A stretch of 58,899 nucleotides of DNA, counting the filler, from Sphacelaria rigidula (taxonomy: Eukaryota): assembly GCA_964200075.2 (NCBI GenBank). It is 8 parts of 8 records of this genome, joined end to end, with 100 filler letters (N's around TTAATTAATTAA, not from the genome) between each part and the next. Parts side by side here need not be neighbours in the genome. Positions count along the whole stretch, not along the records: positions 22,126 to 29,400 come from CAXNAA020015666.1; positions 29,501 to 36,775 come from CAXNAA020015667.1; positions 36,876 to 44,150 come from CAXNAA020015668.1; 5 more parts are not named here. One strand, written 5' to 3'. The notes below the pieces were generated by a model. It was not told the origin of the DNA and searched no databases. It saw nothing but the letters and a program-made list of their open reading frames with translations. Made by a program: the position numbers and the translations under genes. How positions within the stretch are numbered: the stretch's first letter is position 1; each line of letters starts with the position of its first letter. Below are positions 24,988-38,035 of the stretch, in pieces.

Positions 24988-25053
24988 CGCGAAGTTAATG
25001 GTCATATCATGACTACGGCATTCGGCATGCAAGATCATGAGTACACCCCCCCC
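24988..25053 (+). repeat. Diverged 3' tip of R300
   Basis: GGCATGCAAGATCATGAGTACACCCCCCCC. Confidence 0.7.
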
Positions 25054-25320
25054 GCCGCGAGCGCGCCGAAATCCGTGCATAGTACCCCGCAAGGCTTCGC
25101 TTCAGCGCAAGGTCGTTCGCGCTTCAGCCAGGTTAACACTCCATTCACGCCAAACTCTTACAATAACACAGTTCGCAGGAGCCTATTATGCACCGTTGAC
25201 GAAGACATGAGATTCAAGACGATCATGTGTGATTCATAGCAGTACCCGCGTAAAAACTGATGAGGTTGTCTGTGGCATGTCTCCGAGAGCAGTGCACGGC
25301 CACGCACTCGTTTTTTTCCG

Positions 25321-25389
25321 CTACAAGAATCTCCTCTTCTTGCTCGAGTTCATGTACGGCCGCATGACCCACTCGTTGTCAGCTTCAGC
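25321..25389 (-). CDS. IMP4: U3 snoRNP protein IMP4, last exon
   Basis: Acceptor GACAG; AEADNEWVMRPYMNSSKKRRFL* matches the typical IMP4 C-terminus; absent from the ORF track. Confidence 0.9.
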   Translation of the reverse strand, partial: AEADNEWVMRPYMNSSKKRRFL

Positions 25390-26362
25390 CTGTCAGAGGG
25401 ACACGAGGGCCAACATTGAATACAAAAACTCAACATCGGCATGCGAAAAGGAAGGGTAGTGGCGAGCACGCACTGCCGCGGCCTAGTTGGGGAGAGGCGT
25501 GCATGTATTGACACCATGAACGGTGCTCCAAAGTTCCATTGAGTCACAATACTCATCACGGTAAGCCATTCTGCCCATACCACAAGATGGTGTATTTCAC
25601 CAATACAAGATGACCATTTCACCACTTCCATGCTGCGCCATGGAATCCCAACTTGCACACAGCAGCTCAGACTGCGTTGATTGGGGTCATCCGAGAACTG
25701 GAGCGAGCAGCTTGTCGCCCGACGGGATCAACAGCCATGGCTGTGCGCTTCGTTAGCCGCGATCGGAGGTTTCGGTGGTTGTGATACCATATATCCAAAA
25801 ATAAGGCAGTCACCAATAAGAATCACGAACCTCCGGTGAACTACGCAAACGTCCTCTTCGCCGCGTGACACGAAGCCTTACAAGTAGCGAGTGAGGACAC
25901 GTTCCCTCGACAATCAAGTACAGTAGTTATGTTCTATTTTGCAACGAACGTATGCAATTTTACAGGTCATGCATGTCATGCCCGCAGGTGTGGACTTCCT
26001 CAGAGCTTCACCGCCGCACCCGCAGACAGAAGCCGTGCAAAGCGGCAGCAAAGTAACAGGAGAAAAGACACCGTGGTCATCCCTGCATCGATAACATATT
26101 CCCTTGCAGAATTGCAGGTTACATGTCAAAAAAGTGCTCGAGAGTGATGAAACCAGCCTTTACAGGGTGTGTGAATTCAAGACCATACTGAGCCAACTGC
26201 ATTTCTCCATGCCACGATAGCTCTGCAGCGGGAACCCGATCGCAATTTCATTGCTTCCTCCAGCTTTTGGTGAATCCTGCAACAATCATTTCGTTCAACT
26301 CAAGAGGAATATCGAACTAGTAGCAGTGGACATGAGCAGTGTCACATCGACATCACGCATAC

Positions 26363-26524
26363 CTGGTCCAGGGTTCCAAGGCGTAGTTGGTAAAGCTGCA
26401 TTTCAAATCGAGGACCCACTTCGTTCAGGACTACCTCCTTCCCGCTTCGTTTCTCGTACATATGGTGCCTGAAGGAGAGTACGTCCTCATCGTTTGCAAA
26501 CGTCATCACCCTCGGCGACTCTGC
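26363..26524 (-). CDS. IMP4: IMP4 exon (Brix-domain C-terminal part)
   Basis: [28 protein letters not shown] (sigma70-like EVGPRF motif); CACAG/GTATGC, phase 0. Confidence 0.93.
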
Positions 26525-27088
26525 CTGTGCATGACCGAGTACATGACATGGTTGGGGGGGGAAGGCCAACAGGGTCACGTACAGCAAGTGACGAAGATGG
26601 AACAGCGCCACAAGTAGCACTCTGAGGGCAAGCTTTGTCTTGCAAACTCTGGACAGAACGGCATGAGCTATCACACGTTTCCACTGCTATACGAACCGAA
26701 TTTACTCCTGGCATTAACCAAACATACGAACAGCAATGTGACAGGTTCCTGCCTTTCGATAGTGTAACATACAATGGAACATCATGATCGAAACACACTC
26801 TGCTGGTTCATCTCCTACAAAAATATATGTGCTAATACATGTGCAAATACGTGTGCCAGCTGTACCTCAAGATCGCGGTAGTCACTTTCGCATCAAAACA
26901 AGGAGTGGTGAAATCATCATCAAGCACATGTGGTGGAAGGTTTCTTCTCCCATCGATTCATCATATTTTCAGTAAGGCTGCAAAGTTACGGAAACCCAGC
27001 GATCAGCACGATAGAAAACGAACTTCGAGTATGCGCTAGTCAATTTGCACACAGAAATAGAATGCCAAATCACCCATGCGTGTCACAC

Positions 27089-27361
27089 CTTGGGCACTGG
27101 AAACAGGAACTTCAACACATCCGCGACCCGTTGTCCAAGAGGAGTCGAGAAATTTTCCAGGATGAGATGTGGATACACCTCACTGACCGGGCCTCGGTCG
27201 GCGATGTCGTGTCTTAGGACGCAATTTGACAACGTGAAGAAAGCTGTTGGACCCAGAGGTAAATGGCACACAATAAGGCCATCTGGCTCTCCTCGTGTTT
27301 CCTGAACGACCACCATGTCTGTGAACTCGCTAGCGCGACAAGCTTCAACCAGCTCGCCGAC
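27089..27361 (-). CDS. IMP4: IMP4 exon (Brix domain)
   Basis: ETRGEPDGLIVCHLPLGPTAFFTLSN..YPHLILENFST..LFPVPK; AGCAG/GTGTGA, phase 0. Confidence 0.95.
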
Positions 27362-27898
27362 CTGCTCAACCAACAGCGGTGCAGTTGACTGGGTTATGGA
27401 CAACCTCTACACAAAAGCTGGAATATCATCAGAATTTCAAGTCACTCGGGCATTCAGGACAATGCCTGCTTCTGTGGACATGGCACCGCATTCGCTCCTT
27501 TGGTCACCACTCTCACACCATTGGCGGACACAGACGAGCGTTGGTGAGTATAAACATTACACAGATCACATTCAACGTTTCACCAGCAACACGTCAAATG
27601 AGTTCAACTGAAAGCGAACTGAACGAGAAGTAAGTGCGTTCGACGTAATGCGATCAAAACGAGAAACTAGCTCTAGCTTGAGGGTGCGCAGAAGCTGGTC
27701 TAAAAGTATCCCCGGGCCACGAACTACTGGACAATGGCATGAACGAACGCAGACAAGATGAGTAATCTTGACCTGCTCCGAATAGTAGATTTGAGGCTGC
27801 ACCTGCTCTCGTCAAAAGCATATCGCGCACCGTATCAAGGGCGAGCGGTAGACACACCGGTGCACTAAATCAGGAGCACACGGCATATGAACTCATAC

Positions 27899-28090
27899 CT
27901 TATGGTTACCCCTGTTTATTCGTTGCGCGTTGGGCACGACCAACTTCAGCTCCTTCGCAAATTGCTTTAGCCTGCTTGATGGGTCTCGGCTAGTCGTTAC
28001 GCAGATTTTAGGATCCCTCACGCCAGCCTGCGCATACTCATCGTCGATAGCGCTTCTCTTCTTTGCTGTTTCATCATCCTCCAACTCAAC
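27899..28090 (-). CDS. IMP4: IMP4 exon (first visible; N-terminal exon(s) not in this contig)
   Basis: [52 protein letters not shown], phase 0. Confidence 0.95.
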
Positions 28091-28924
28091 CTGGCGGGCA
28101 TGCCAGAAACGGAGCAAATTGTTGTCGTCATTCGCGAAACAGCTTTACCCTCAGAAAAGTTCAAACGTCTACACAAGAAGCCCATACCCCACAGCCTACT
28201 CATGGACAGCGAGGGTGTCAGCCCTGTGATTCATCATACAGGAACAATAGCAAGGTCTCGAAAACGAAAAAGCGCGACATTTTGTCCCTATTCTGTGGGT
28301 GTTTTATTTGGACTGCAACGCAGTTGGGGGAGGCAGCGTTGGCCGACAAAAAGTTTTGTTTTGTAAAGTAACCTGTACGCATGATTCAAGGGTTGGCGAC
28401 GGCATATACGGTACGGTATCTTGTCATCGGGGGCGGTGCTCGCTAACAGACGGGGGTTATTCAGCTTACTACAGCATGTGGGTTCGCGGCGCTAAAGGTC
28501 AGCCGGAGATATTGTCCTTAGAGTGAGTATCGTGGTCAAATTGTGGAAAATGGTCTAAGAAATGGAGCAAACGTTAAATTGTTCCCAGAATGTGGGGCAT
28601 AAAATGACCGGGGACCCCAGTAAATGGGTGTCAGAGGGACACAAGAAACGTGTTGAAGGTGATCTCGTGCTTCACACAGGCTTCACCCAGAAACATGTGT
28701 GCAAATTTCGTTCCTTCACTTCTGAGAAGGGGCTGAATAACAGAATGAACCGGCAATTATCCTGAGAATGTGGGGCATGCCTGGCAGGGTTACGGCGAGA
28801 AAATCGCAATTGTTCAGTCGATCCTAACTTGAACAAACAAATCACCATGCGCACACTCCCAACGTAAAACGACGCAGAGACGAATATCCATACATTAACC
28901 CTTTTGGGACCGACCCCCACCAAC

Positions 28925-28998
28925 ACAACACTACTCCGTCTCGAAAGGGATGCGTGGTCAATGGTCACACGACTAAGGCAAGCAACAAATGAGTACAC
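28925..28998 (+). repeat. Old diverged R300 3' part, next to a lone piggyBac-like end (TTAA|CCCTTTTGG at 28895)
   Basis: CTCCGTC..AGGGATGCG.GGTCAATGGTC..ATGAGTACAC. Confidence 0.55.
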
Positions 28999-29580
28999 TA
29001 ACACAGGGTTGACCCTGTGTCAGGGAAATAATTAAAAATAAGTCTTCGAGCGACCTGCCCAATCACGGCGAGGCGAACTTTATCGACCAGACCCGAACGA
29101 CCAGCGCGGGGATTGTTGGCGAGTGTGATGCCACTGCGAAGATCGTGTGAGGACCCTATCCCTGGCCCGGATGAGCCTCCCCAAGTTTCCAAGTGCAGGC
29201 CGGTCGGAACTTGGATTTATTATACTACTTGCCCTCAGTACAGCGTTCCCGAGTTTTCCGGTGTTTTTTTGGGTCAAAACTTCATACTAAAATGTAGTAA
29301 TTACACTAACACAGGGTATGTGTTGTGTTATCGTCCCATTTATTTTAGGCACCAGTCTACACCTTTCGACATATGTGGGCGCATCAGCCGGGGTAACACA
29401 NNNNNNNNNNNNNNNNNNNNNNNNNNNNNNNNNNNNNNNNNNNNTTAATTAATTAANNNNNNNNNNNNNNNNNNNNNNNNNNNNNNNNNNNNNNNNNNNN
29501 GCAAGACAGATACGCCACTTCAGCCCCATATTTTGTATGAACCCCAAAATATAAAATCGGCTGTTATATCTAAACTCGTA

Positions 29581-30283
29581 GACGTGTGGACATACACTCG
29601 ATCGTAATCAGTGTGTCGGATCTCCATTCAGCAAAAGCTGTTGAATATTATCCATCCTTTAGCCCATGTGCATGGACCGGAGGGCAAAAGGATGAATTAT
29701 TTTCAACAACTTTTTCTGCTTGTCGGATCCCATATATATGCTGATAACGGTGCAGTATGCGGGATATATCCAGCTGGCGCTGTTCGCAATAAATCGATTT
29801 TCCCAAAATCTCCGGATGAAATGGAGGGCAAGGTGAAGATTTATTTCGAGCTTCTTCTGCTGTTCAAATTCCAAATCTGCCAGTGTGCATGGGATTTGCG
29901 CAGCAGAAGAAGAAGCTGTTCGAAATAGATCCTTTTCCCCCCCATTTATATTGGGCGAAAAAAGAATCTATTTCGAACAGCTTCTTCTGCTGTTCGAAGT
30001 ATATCCTTTTTCTGCCCCAATAAATTGGGCGAAAAAAGAATTTATCTCGAACAGCAGACAAAGCTATTCCAAAAAATAAATTTATAGAGTTTGTACCAAA
30101 ATAATTCGGAATTTTTCAAATTGGGAAGGCCTCTCCACAGGGTTGCTTGCAGGGTTTCGACAAAAACACTATGCGAAATGCTATTACAGGTGCTAGGGTT
30201 TGCAAATGGTACACAGGGGTTTCATAAAGACTGTGGAGAACCCTGTGCAGCTCGTCCTACAGGGTGCTATTTGTCGACGTGTG
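29581..30283. mobile_element. Second copy of the 23337-24164 element, TA-flanked
   Basis: Colinear similarity; TA at both boundaries. Confidence 0.7.
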
Positions 30284-30708
30284 TAACACCTCTCACAATG
30301 GGGTTGGATCTGTTATCGCCACAGCACCGTCCTTGCTGGCATGTGTGTGATAGAGAACAGTAGCGGTGACGGGAACATCGCCCTGTTTTTCAACGACGTC
30401 TTCTAAAGCGCACAGAGGTGCATCCGGTCCAAAAGAGAGGCAGAGAGGAATCGACCTTTGCATTGGTAAGTCTACAGACTAGAGGAGACGACACCCCGGC
30501 ACCTCGATGTTCTTTCGGGGGCTGTGCAGCAATAAGCTGCCTACCGGCACATAGGAAATTGCCTACACGCCGGTAACATGCGTGGTGCCAGTCTCTCGAT
30601 CGAAGGGGAATCGCCGAGCGAGGACACACAGAGAAAACGGGCGAGGAGCTTCCTCTCCGCCGTTACTGCTCCGGTGGTATCGTCATCGACACGAGTGTAC
30701 ACCGCACT

Positions 30709-30818
30709 CACGGGTGGCCACTGGGGTGCCTGTGACCTCAAATTTGGACGTTACAGACCTTGTGCAACGCCTGTAACGTTCAAATTTGAGGTCACAGGCA
30801 CCCTAGTGGCCACCCGTG
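30709..30818. repeat. 110-bp near-perfect hairpin (48-bp arms, 14-nt loop); MITE or small-RNA precursor
   Basis: CACGGGTGGCCACT..GTTACAG and its reverse complement, two differences. Confidence 0.9.
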
Positions 30819-33800
30819 TTTGTTCGATGCACGTAGCTACAACTACTTAACTGCTACAGATTTGGGGGGGGGGAGATGCTTTCCCTTGTGATGTAACTCT
30901 TTCGCGCCATTCCTGCAAAACAAATGTGCCGCTTGAACCCCATTTTAGTGTTCAATCCCAAAATTTAGAATCGGCTGCTATTTTTTATCACTCTGGTTTG
31001 AAACTTAGCAAGGAGAATCGCAAAGGCATGTTGTGTAATTCAAAAATGGACCTCCCATTCCTTTTTAGAGATTAGGGTGTTTCTCGTGAAGAAATGGTCG
31101 TTACCATACTAACACGCCCTAAACCAGTGAAGAACAAATCAAAACCAACCTGACCAAAACGTTTTGGATCGTTATGCCCTAGCAAGGTCCCACACAAAAC
31201 TTCAATACACAAACACAAAACAAACGTGCGCCGGTAAGTGGCCTGCACAATGCTGTTTTGAACTTATACCGATCCGGTTACTAGACCGCCCATCCTCAAT
31301 TTTCTAGTCGAAGCCCAAACTTTGGTGTAGATAATGGATGCAGCATAATAGAGAGTTTCGGAAGATATTTATTTCTCGTCAAAGAGTCAGAGTGCAGAGT
31401 GGAAGCGTTGAAACTTCAGAGTGGGCACTGAAACGTTTATGGCGAAAGCTGGTGTGATGTGGCTTGATGTGGAGTTTTGTTTTTCGCTATGATTGCCCGC
31501 AGGTTGTACCGCCAAATGTGCGATCGACCAGCGTGCGGTCCTAAAATGCAGAGGTCAGCACAGCATTGACTGTGCCATACCCTGCCGCACCGTACGTACC
31601 GTACAATACGCTTCATTGCACCTGCAGTACTTCAATCCACCATGGCGGACCACAGGGCACTGTAGTGCTGCAGTGCTGTGCAGGGTAGAGTACGGCCAGT
31701 GCAGTTCAGAGACTATAATGCAGAACCCTACAACAGACAGTACATCGCGGTGCGGTGAACTACAGCGATATCGTACAGTCAGTAGTACAGTAGTACAGTA
31801 GTACAGTACGCAGCACTTTCAAACAAAAGACAAGGCCGCATTTCGATGATGCCTCAACATGGCACCAACGACGGTGGTGCAAGAAGTCATGACCTCTAAC
31901 GGAATGGCCATGTAGCTAGGTGTAGCACTGTTCGTGCATTGTAGACTGCGAATCGTTCAAACCGTCTTCTTACAGCTGAAGCTGGCAAATATGAGGAACT
32001 GCACCCAAGGCAACGGCGTGTATCCGCCGAGCGTTTGAATTTTCACTCAGCACAAACAAGCGAATGCTGATATCGTGGCAGCGTCAGGGAGGTTTTCTGA
32101 TTGCGGTGCAAAGCGTTTCTACTTCGTGAATGGTCCCTTATGATGAGCGTGACAGTTGTGATGGATGTCCCACTTTGCTTGAGTTGTGGTCTGACTACGA
32201 GGTGACCAGGGTGTCAATCTCACGGAACATACCAGGTCAGGGATTGCACGGAGCAAGCAGCTGGCCGCAATGAATTATTGCAGTCGAGTGGACTGACTCT
32301 CCAGCTCGTGGCTATCAGACCCTGGGGTCCGAACCAGCACTGCATTATAATAAGACAAAAGATCGACTCACTTTCACGTGCAGAGAAGTGCTCTTCACTT
32401 GCTTGCAAGCGAGATGTCTCCAGGTGGTGGCTGATAGCCTTGTTAATAGGCTTGCTAGGTAGCTAGAACAATTGTTGCTAAGTAGCTGGAAAGTTGTGAT
32501 AGACTGGATACGCAACACATCAAACTAGGAGGTGACACTAATATGCGAATGGAATACGACCTACTGCACATGCCATGCGTGCTTCGACACGCCTACTCTA
32601 TGTGCAGCCGATATCCGCCGTGACATCCCCCTCCCCTGCTTTGTGCACGCTGCTAATGGATGGTAAGGGAAGTTACAGCTCAATACACTCCAGGTATAAT
32701 TCCCCCAAGTCTGTATGTCATCAGCCTAATATCACATCAACGACGAGAAAAGCGCAGAATTTTGGGGCTAGCATTAACGGCGGGAAACACTCGTCATGAA
32801 ATCGGAAGGATGGGAAAACCTGATATTCAGGAAAGAGCCTCATCGCTTGGGGGGAAAATTTCCCATGCCCTTTCGGATCATAGCAAGTGCTTTTGCATGT
32901 GCTATGTCGTTCCGGGATCTCAGTAACTTTGGAAACAGAAGCCACCGAGAATAGCCGGTTACTATTTTCCGATGGTCACGGCGCTGAGACACCCCTGATT
33001 GGTTTCACCAATCCTGGGTACTCCGGGACTCACAAAAAACGTTGATCCACTAAAAAAAAACAAGAGGGCGCTCACTGGTTGATGGGAGTGCGTAGGCTTT
33101 TCTTTCACTGACCAGCAGCAACTGACCTACTGGACACCGGGGGTCTCCTGCACCTTAGATCAACAGTTTCGTCATGGTACAGTGTCAAGCAGGCACTCGG
33201 TGCCCACCCTATTTTTACAATGCTAACTCCACGATATGAATTTATCTACTCGAAAGGCGTGCAGAACCCTAAATTGGATCAACGTTCTCCAAAGACGAAG
33301 AAACATGATGAACTCACCGGGCACCTGAAACAAAGGGAGGGATCAGGCCTGACAAAACCAAGAAGTAAATAATCTTCATGGAGTGCAACGTCGGGTAAAA
33401 AAAAAAAGCGGAGCAAGATCGACCTCGCGAAAAGATTGAAAGGAAAAGAAAAACCGAAAATAGTGCTGGAGGAACAAACCAGACCCACAAGAAAAAACAG
33501 AAGGGGGAAAAGGAAACTGAAACATAAAGGGAAACAAGAAAGGACATACCAGGCCCATAATACAAAACTATAACTCATGAAACATGAAAGCAAAATGAAA
33601 ATAAATAAAAAAGGACGAACACGAGGAAAAAGATCAGGTCCTACGAAATCAAGAGAACCCAAAACGGAAGAGGGAAAATGAACAAATGGAACCCAGACCA
33701 GGAAACCGAACAGAGAAAATGGGTCTGAGGGGAAAGTTCTGATCCGAAAAAACGAGGCAAACAAATCAAAAAGGAGGACTATGTCCTGCCCCCCCAAAAT

Positions 33801-33852
33801 CAGGATCAAACGTTATAAAGTGAGGGAATAAAGTGGGAAATGATACAAGATA

Positions 33853-35047
33853 CAGGCTGGGCCAGCCCACAAGCGGATTTGTACTTAGCAGGCGAATTCG
33901 CAAATTTTTTCTTGGAGTTGGAAAGTGAAATTTGGTGTGGACAATCAAGAGGGCATGAAGAAAAGCTGTCTGTGAGGTCCCGACGATTTTTTTTTCAGTG
34001 AGTTAATTAAGGGCATTTTTCTCAAACCTAAAAACTGATTTTTGCCCTTAATTCACGAAAAAAAAAAAAATCGCCGGGACCTCACAGACAGCTTTTCTTC
34101 ATGCCCTGTTGATTGTCCATACCAAATTTCACTTTCCAACTCCGAAAAATATGTTGCGAATTTACCTTCGAAAAACCGAGGCGGCGGAAATTCGGAACAG
34201 TATTTTGCAGGCCGTTTATCGGCCCACGTTTCGTGTTTGTGGGTCGAAACTTTGTGCAGGACCTTCCTAGGTCGTGATGAACCAAGAAAAATGGGGGAGG
34301 TTGGGTTTTATTCTTCCTTTTTCACTGATCAAGGGGGTTTTAGTATGGTAATGAGCATTTTTTTACGAGAATGCCCGAACCTCTCATGAAAAAATAATAA
34401 ATAAAGCTAATTTTTTTTATTCACTCACCATATCTCTGTCGTTCTCCATGCCAAGTTTCAAATCACAATTCAAAAAAATTGAGCTGGAAAAATGAGACAA
34501 GGCCCAAGAGTAATGTATATTTCTCCTCAAAAGCCCCCCTAAAAACACGAAAAAAGATGAGAAAAAAAAAAAGCTGCGTTCTTTATTCCATTATGCACTA
34601 GCGGTTCTCCATACCAAATTTCATAGCACAACTCTCAAAAACTGAGACGCGATATCCAGATTTAGGTCATCTAGTGCCTCTGCTCGTAATGTACTGGTTT
34701 TAGTACTGAACCTTGTGTGCGCCATTTCTCGAGATAGATAACGAATTAGGTGAAAGAGAGGGTATCTATCGTCTCCCCGTGCTCCAGGGGAGGTCCACAC
34801 CAAACATCGTCATCATCCGCTTGATCGATCGTTCGGGGTTTCATATAGATTTTAGTGTAGACGCGGTATACGAATTACTATACTGGGTTGACTCGACGAG
34901 AAACAAATTGGCCCAGATTTATGAGCATATGGGCACCTTCCCCTTGATTAGACGATTAATACGATATGCGGATCACGGCCCAACTCGTCTGTGTCGTTGA
35001 GATATCACTTTGAGAGCTTAAATCCGTTTTTAGGCTGGCCCAGCTTG
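33853..35047. mobile_element. ~1.2-kb non-autonomous DNA transposon, TA TSD, with an internal ~270-bp palindrome
   Basis: TA|CAGGCTGGGCCAGCC ... GGCTGGCCCAGCTTG|TA; related ends at 16203 and ~9940. Confidence 0.75.
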
Positions 35048-35399
35048 TATATAACCGAGCTCATGATCGACGGGAAAACACGGGTGGAAACAGACCCAAA
35101 GAGTGTAGAAAAAAATAGAAATGCTCAACAGCTGTTCCAATGAAAAGAAAGAAACAGTACTGAACTACTGCTCATTACTATATAAAAAAGGGAAGAAAAT
35201 ACAAAGCGCTGCTCGCTCCTGTAATCAGCACAAAACGGTCTCCTACTCTCTCCTTCGTACAATATTAATGCTTTTCTCTGCTTCGTTCGCATAATGCTTT
35301 AGTCTCGCTCGTCTTGGCCACTTGCTGGGGCTCTTCACTTGAAGACCCTACGCAGTCTTCGTCGTCTCATCACTCTCCCGAAGCGTTTGCCGCCGTCGA

Positions 35400-36640
35400 A
35401 CACTTGTCCTTCCTGCTCAGCTCCGTCAAAATCGTCTCAGAATGTGAAACCTATGGGGAACAAGTTCAAAGCATCACTGCGCGACAGAGGGACATGGCGT
35501 GCTCGGGCGGGATGGCATGCTTGATGCCTTGGCTGGGTGGTGCAGATGCCAAAAGGCGTGGAACCTGTCCACTCGTGGAAGCGTGAGGCTTTCCAGGACT
35601 CCGCTTCCTGGTTGCCCCTCCGACATTGCTCCATCTTGGGCCTTTCCTCGCTATTTCCAACCCGATTTTTTTTCCGGATTTAGACTCGCGACGGTTTTTC
35701 AGGGTCAGGAGGTGGGATTTTGGCTTAAAGGTTGGCGTCGCCTTAAAGTCTGGTATTCAGGCAAATTAGGCGGACCCGTCAGCGATTGAATATCTCAGGT
35801 GAGGCGGGTAGCGATATGCGGTCCAACCTATGGCAGAATATCTTGCGCGTAAGTATTTTGTACCCTTGCATCATCACCTCCAGACCGCGTGCGGTCATCG
35901 ATGCTTGTCAACTTTCCATGTACCGTGTACTAATGCTGCTGTTTCCTGCCATTACCACCCCGACCCGTTGAGATCTCTCTCCGGATCCATCACCAGTCTT
36001 ACCTCGCGTAGGTGCTGTTCACGCTTTTCCACGAAAGCGTCCGGTCCTATACTTGGTTCTGCTTCTTGTGAGATAGGTGCAAGTCAGCTTAGATATATGC
36101 GTAGTTTTGCGTCAACACGGCAACTCGGAGAAGGAAGCAGTGTGTCAAGCGATGTGCGCTGGATTCAAAGAGCCAATGAGACGTGCTCACCCCACCTGAC
36201 GCCATGACTTCCAAAGCTCCGGCAACATATCCAGTAGCCGTCCTCCTGGTCTTTCGACTGCGTCCTGACGGCGTGGGAGATCTGACGCTTCGGAAAGCGA
36301 TGTCCTCTATGAGTCACCTGCACAGATGGGTGACTACCTTTATGCTAAACTCTTCGCCTCCGTTCAGCGAATCTTTTGAGGGACACCGGAAATTAAGCAC
36401 ATTCCGCAGGGGCACGAACCACCCCGTTGGCTTGTTTCAACGGGTGTGGAAAACCAAATGGAGATCGGGAAGAGAGGTCAACTTCCCGCCACATGTATGT
36501 ATGTGAGTGCAACGTTACCTTAATCACTGTCAAGTTGATTACGTCGTCCCACAGGTCTACTGCACGCCCCTACCTCATGGTCGTTTGGCTACTGCTTGAT
36601 CTCTTGGGCCTCCTGCAACTGCATGACAGCACATCTTGCC
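35400..36640 (-). pseudogene. Degenerate Ty3/gypsy integrase
   Basis: Manual translation across frameshifts: VLSCSCRRPKR (Zn-finger end), VDLSSRSPFGFP, GVPQKIR/NGGEEF, QDAVERPGG..LWKSW, DAFVEKREQHLREVR; parallels 54261-54659. Confidence 0.7.
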
Positions 36641-36641
36641 T

Positions 36642-36775
36642 GAGACTGCTGCCGAGATAGCCCCCCCCCCAAACCGGCCAAAACCGTGCCCGGAGGCGAT
36701 GATCATAACTGCCGTTAAAGCTGGTTTCGTGCTGCGCGACGCGACTAATTTGGGCGTTATAGCTGATTTCGGACT
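36642..36775. mobile_element. MITE with GAGACTGCTGCCGAGATAGCCCC end, cut by the contig end
   Basis: Reverse complement of 53482-53614. Confidence 0.8.
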
Positions 36776-36974
36776 NNNNNNNNNNNNNNNNNNNNNNNNN
36801 NNNNNNNNNNNNNNNNNNNTTAATTAATTAANNNNNNNNNNNNNNNNNNNNNNNNNNNNNNNNNNNNNNNNNNNNCACACGTGGAATAAAGAAATGACTC
36901 ACTTACAGCGAATGATCAAAGCCACTCTCAATCGTATCATCTACTACTCTCAATCTCACGAAAATATTGTTATC

Positions 36975-37228
36975 TGACAAGGTTTTTGACCCCCAAACAG
37001 GGAAAACCGCCACCACACGTCTTGGACACTTTGTATCATCCCGTGCAAATACCTGCAGACTGTGCATTATTATATGTTTTCATCGTATTTTTGTCCAGAG
37101 GCCGCTCTCGAAATCTTTGACCCAAGCGAATCGGAAAAGTGGGCTAGGCTCCTCTCGGTGGGGTGATACAAAGTGTCCAAGACGTGTGGTGGCGATTTTC
37201 CCTGTTTGGGTGTCAAAAACCTTTGTCA
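36975..37228. mobile_element. MITE with ~68-bp TIRs
   Basis: 36975-37042 is inverted at 37161-37228 with few mismatches. Confidence 0.8.
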
Positions 37229-38035
37229 AATGTCCTAGAAGTGTAAAATACGAGCCAAACAAAATACGAACCGGAAGAAACGGCCTGACGATCATATTAT
37301 ATTTCTCACGGCGCATATATTATTTCAACTCCTTGCACTGTATATCGAAGGAGCTTGCACGAAACATAATAATCCCTGCTTCCTTGCACACATGTGCATG
37401 AAAAAGAAGACAAAACCAACCCTTATTATTACTCGTACAAAAAAATATGATCTTGAATTTTCCTTCATACCTTAACGCCATCGCGGCTCTGAGAAAAAAC
37501 GAAAAAGCTTAATTAATAAAAAGGGGTAAGATTCCTGCAGGGGTGTTGGCTGTACGCACAAGCGAGATAAGGAGGGTGCCGTCGTGCAGAGCAGCGTTTC
37601 TAGCAGTGGAAAATTATTCGCTTTCCTACGTAGAGTCTGGTATTGTTGATAATTACCTCCGGTTGGAATGAGTGTCATTGTCGTGCTGCGCGGAGTGTGT
37701 CCGGGATTACACCGAGGGGTTGCCGGAGTGCGATCTTGCACTGCCAGGGCGTATTCCAAGAACCATGTGCGACCTAGCAAGAGACACCATCCTTGGCAAG
37801 CGATCCTGAATGTTAGGAATACCACAGGTATGAGAAGGCAAGTCTCCCAACATATTTGGCCGTAAAAGGTATACACACGGCGCACCGGTGGCCAATTACG
37901 ACGAAGTATAGCGTTCCCTCAGCACCTTAGGTGACGGGGTATAACATCCCTAGTTTTCTCGAGGAGTATCAACTCTGCAGCCCACCCAGAATACCTCGTG
38001 TATTGATTTCCAGGACCTCATTGGTATTTTTCATA

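Noticed and set aside
33279-33809. 176-aa hydrophobic ORF (also 15442-15945 and 41648-42187)
   Set aside because: A-rich/T-rich low-complexity DNA giving F/L/S-rich spurious frames
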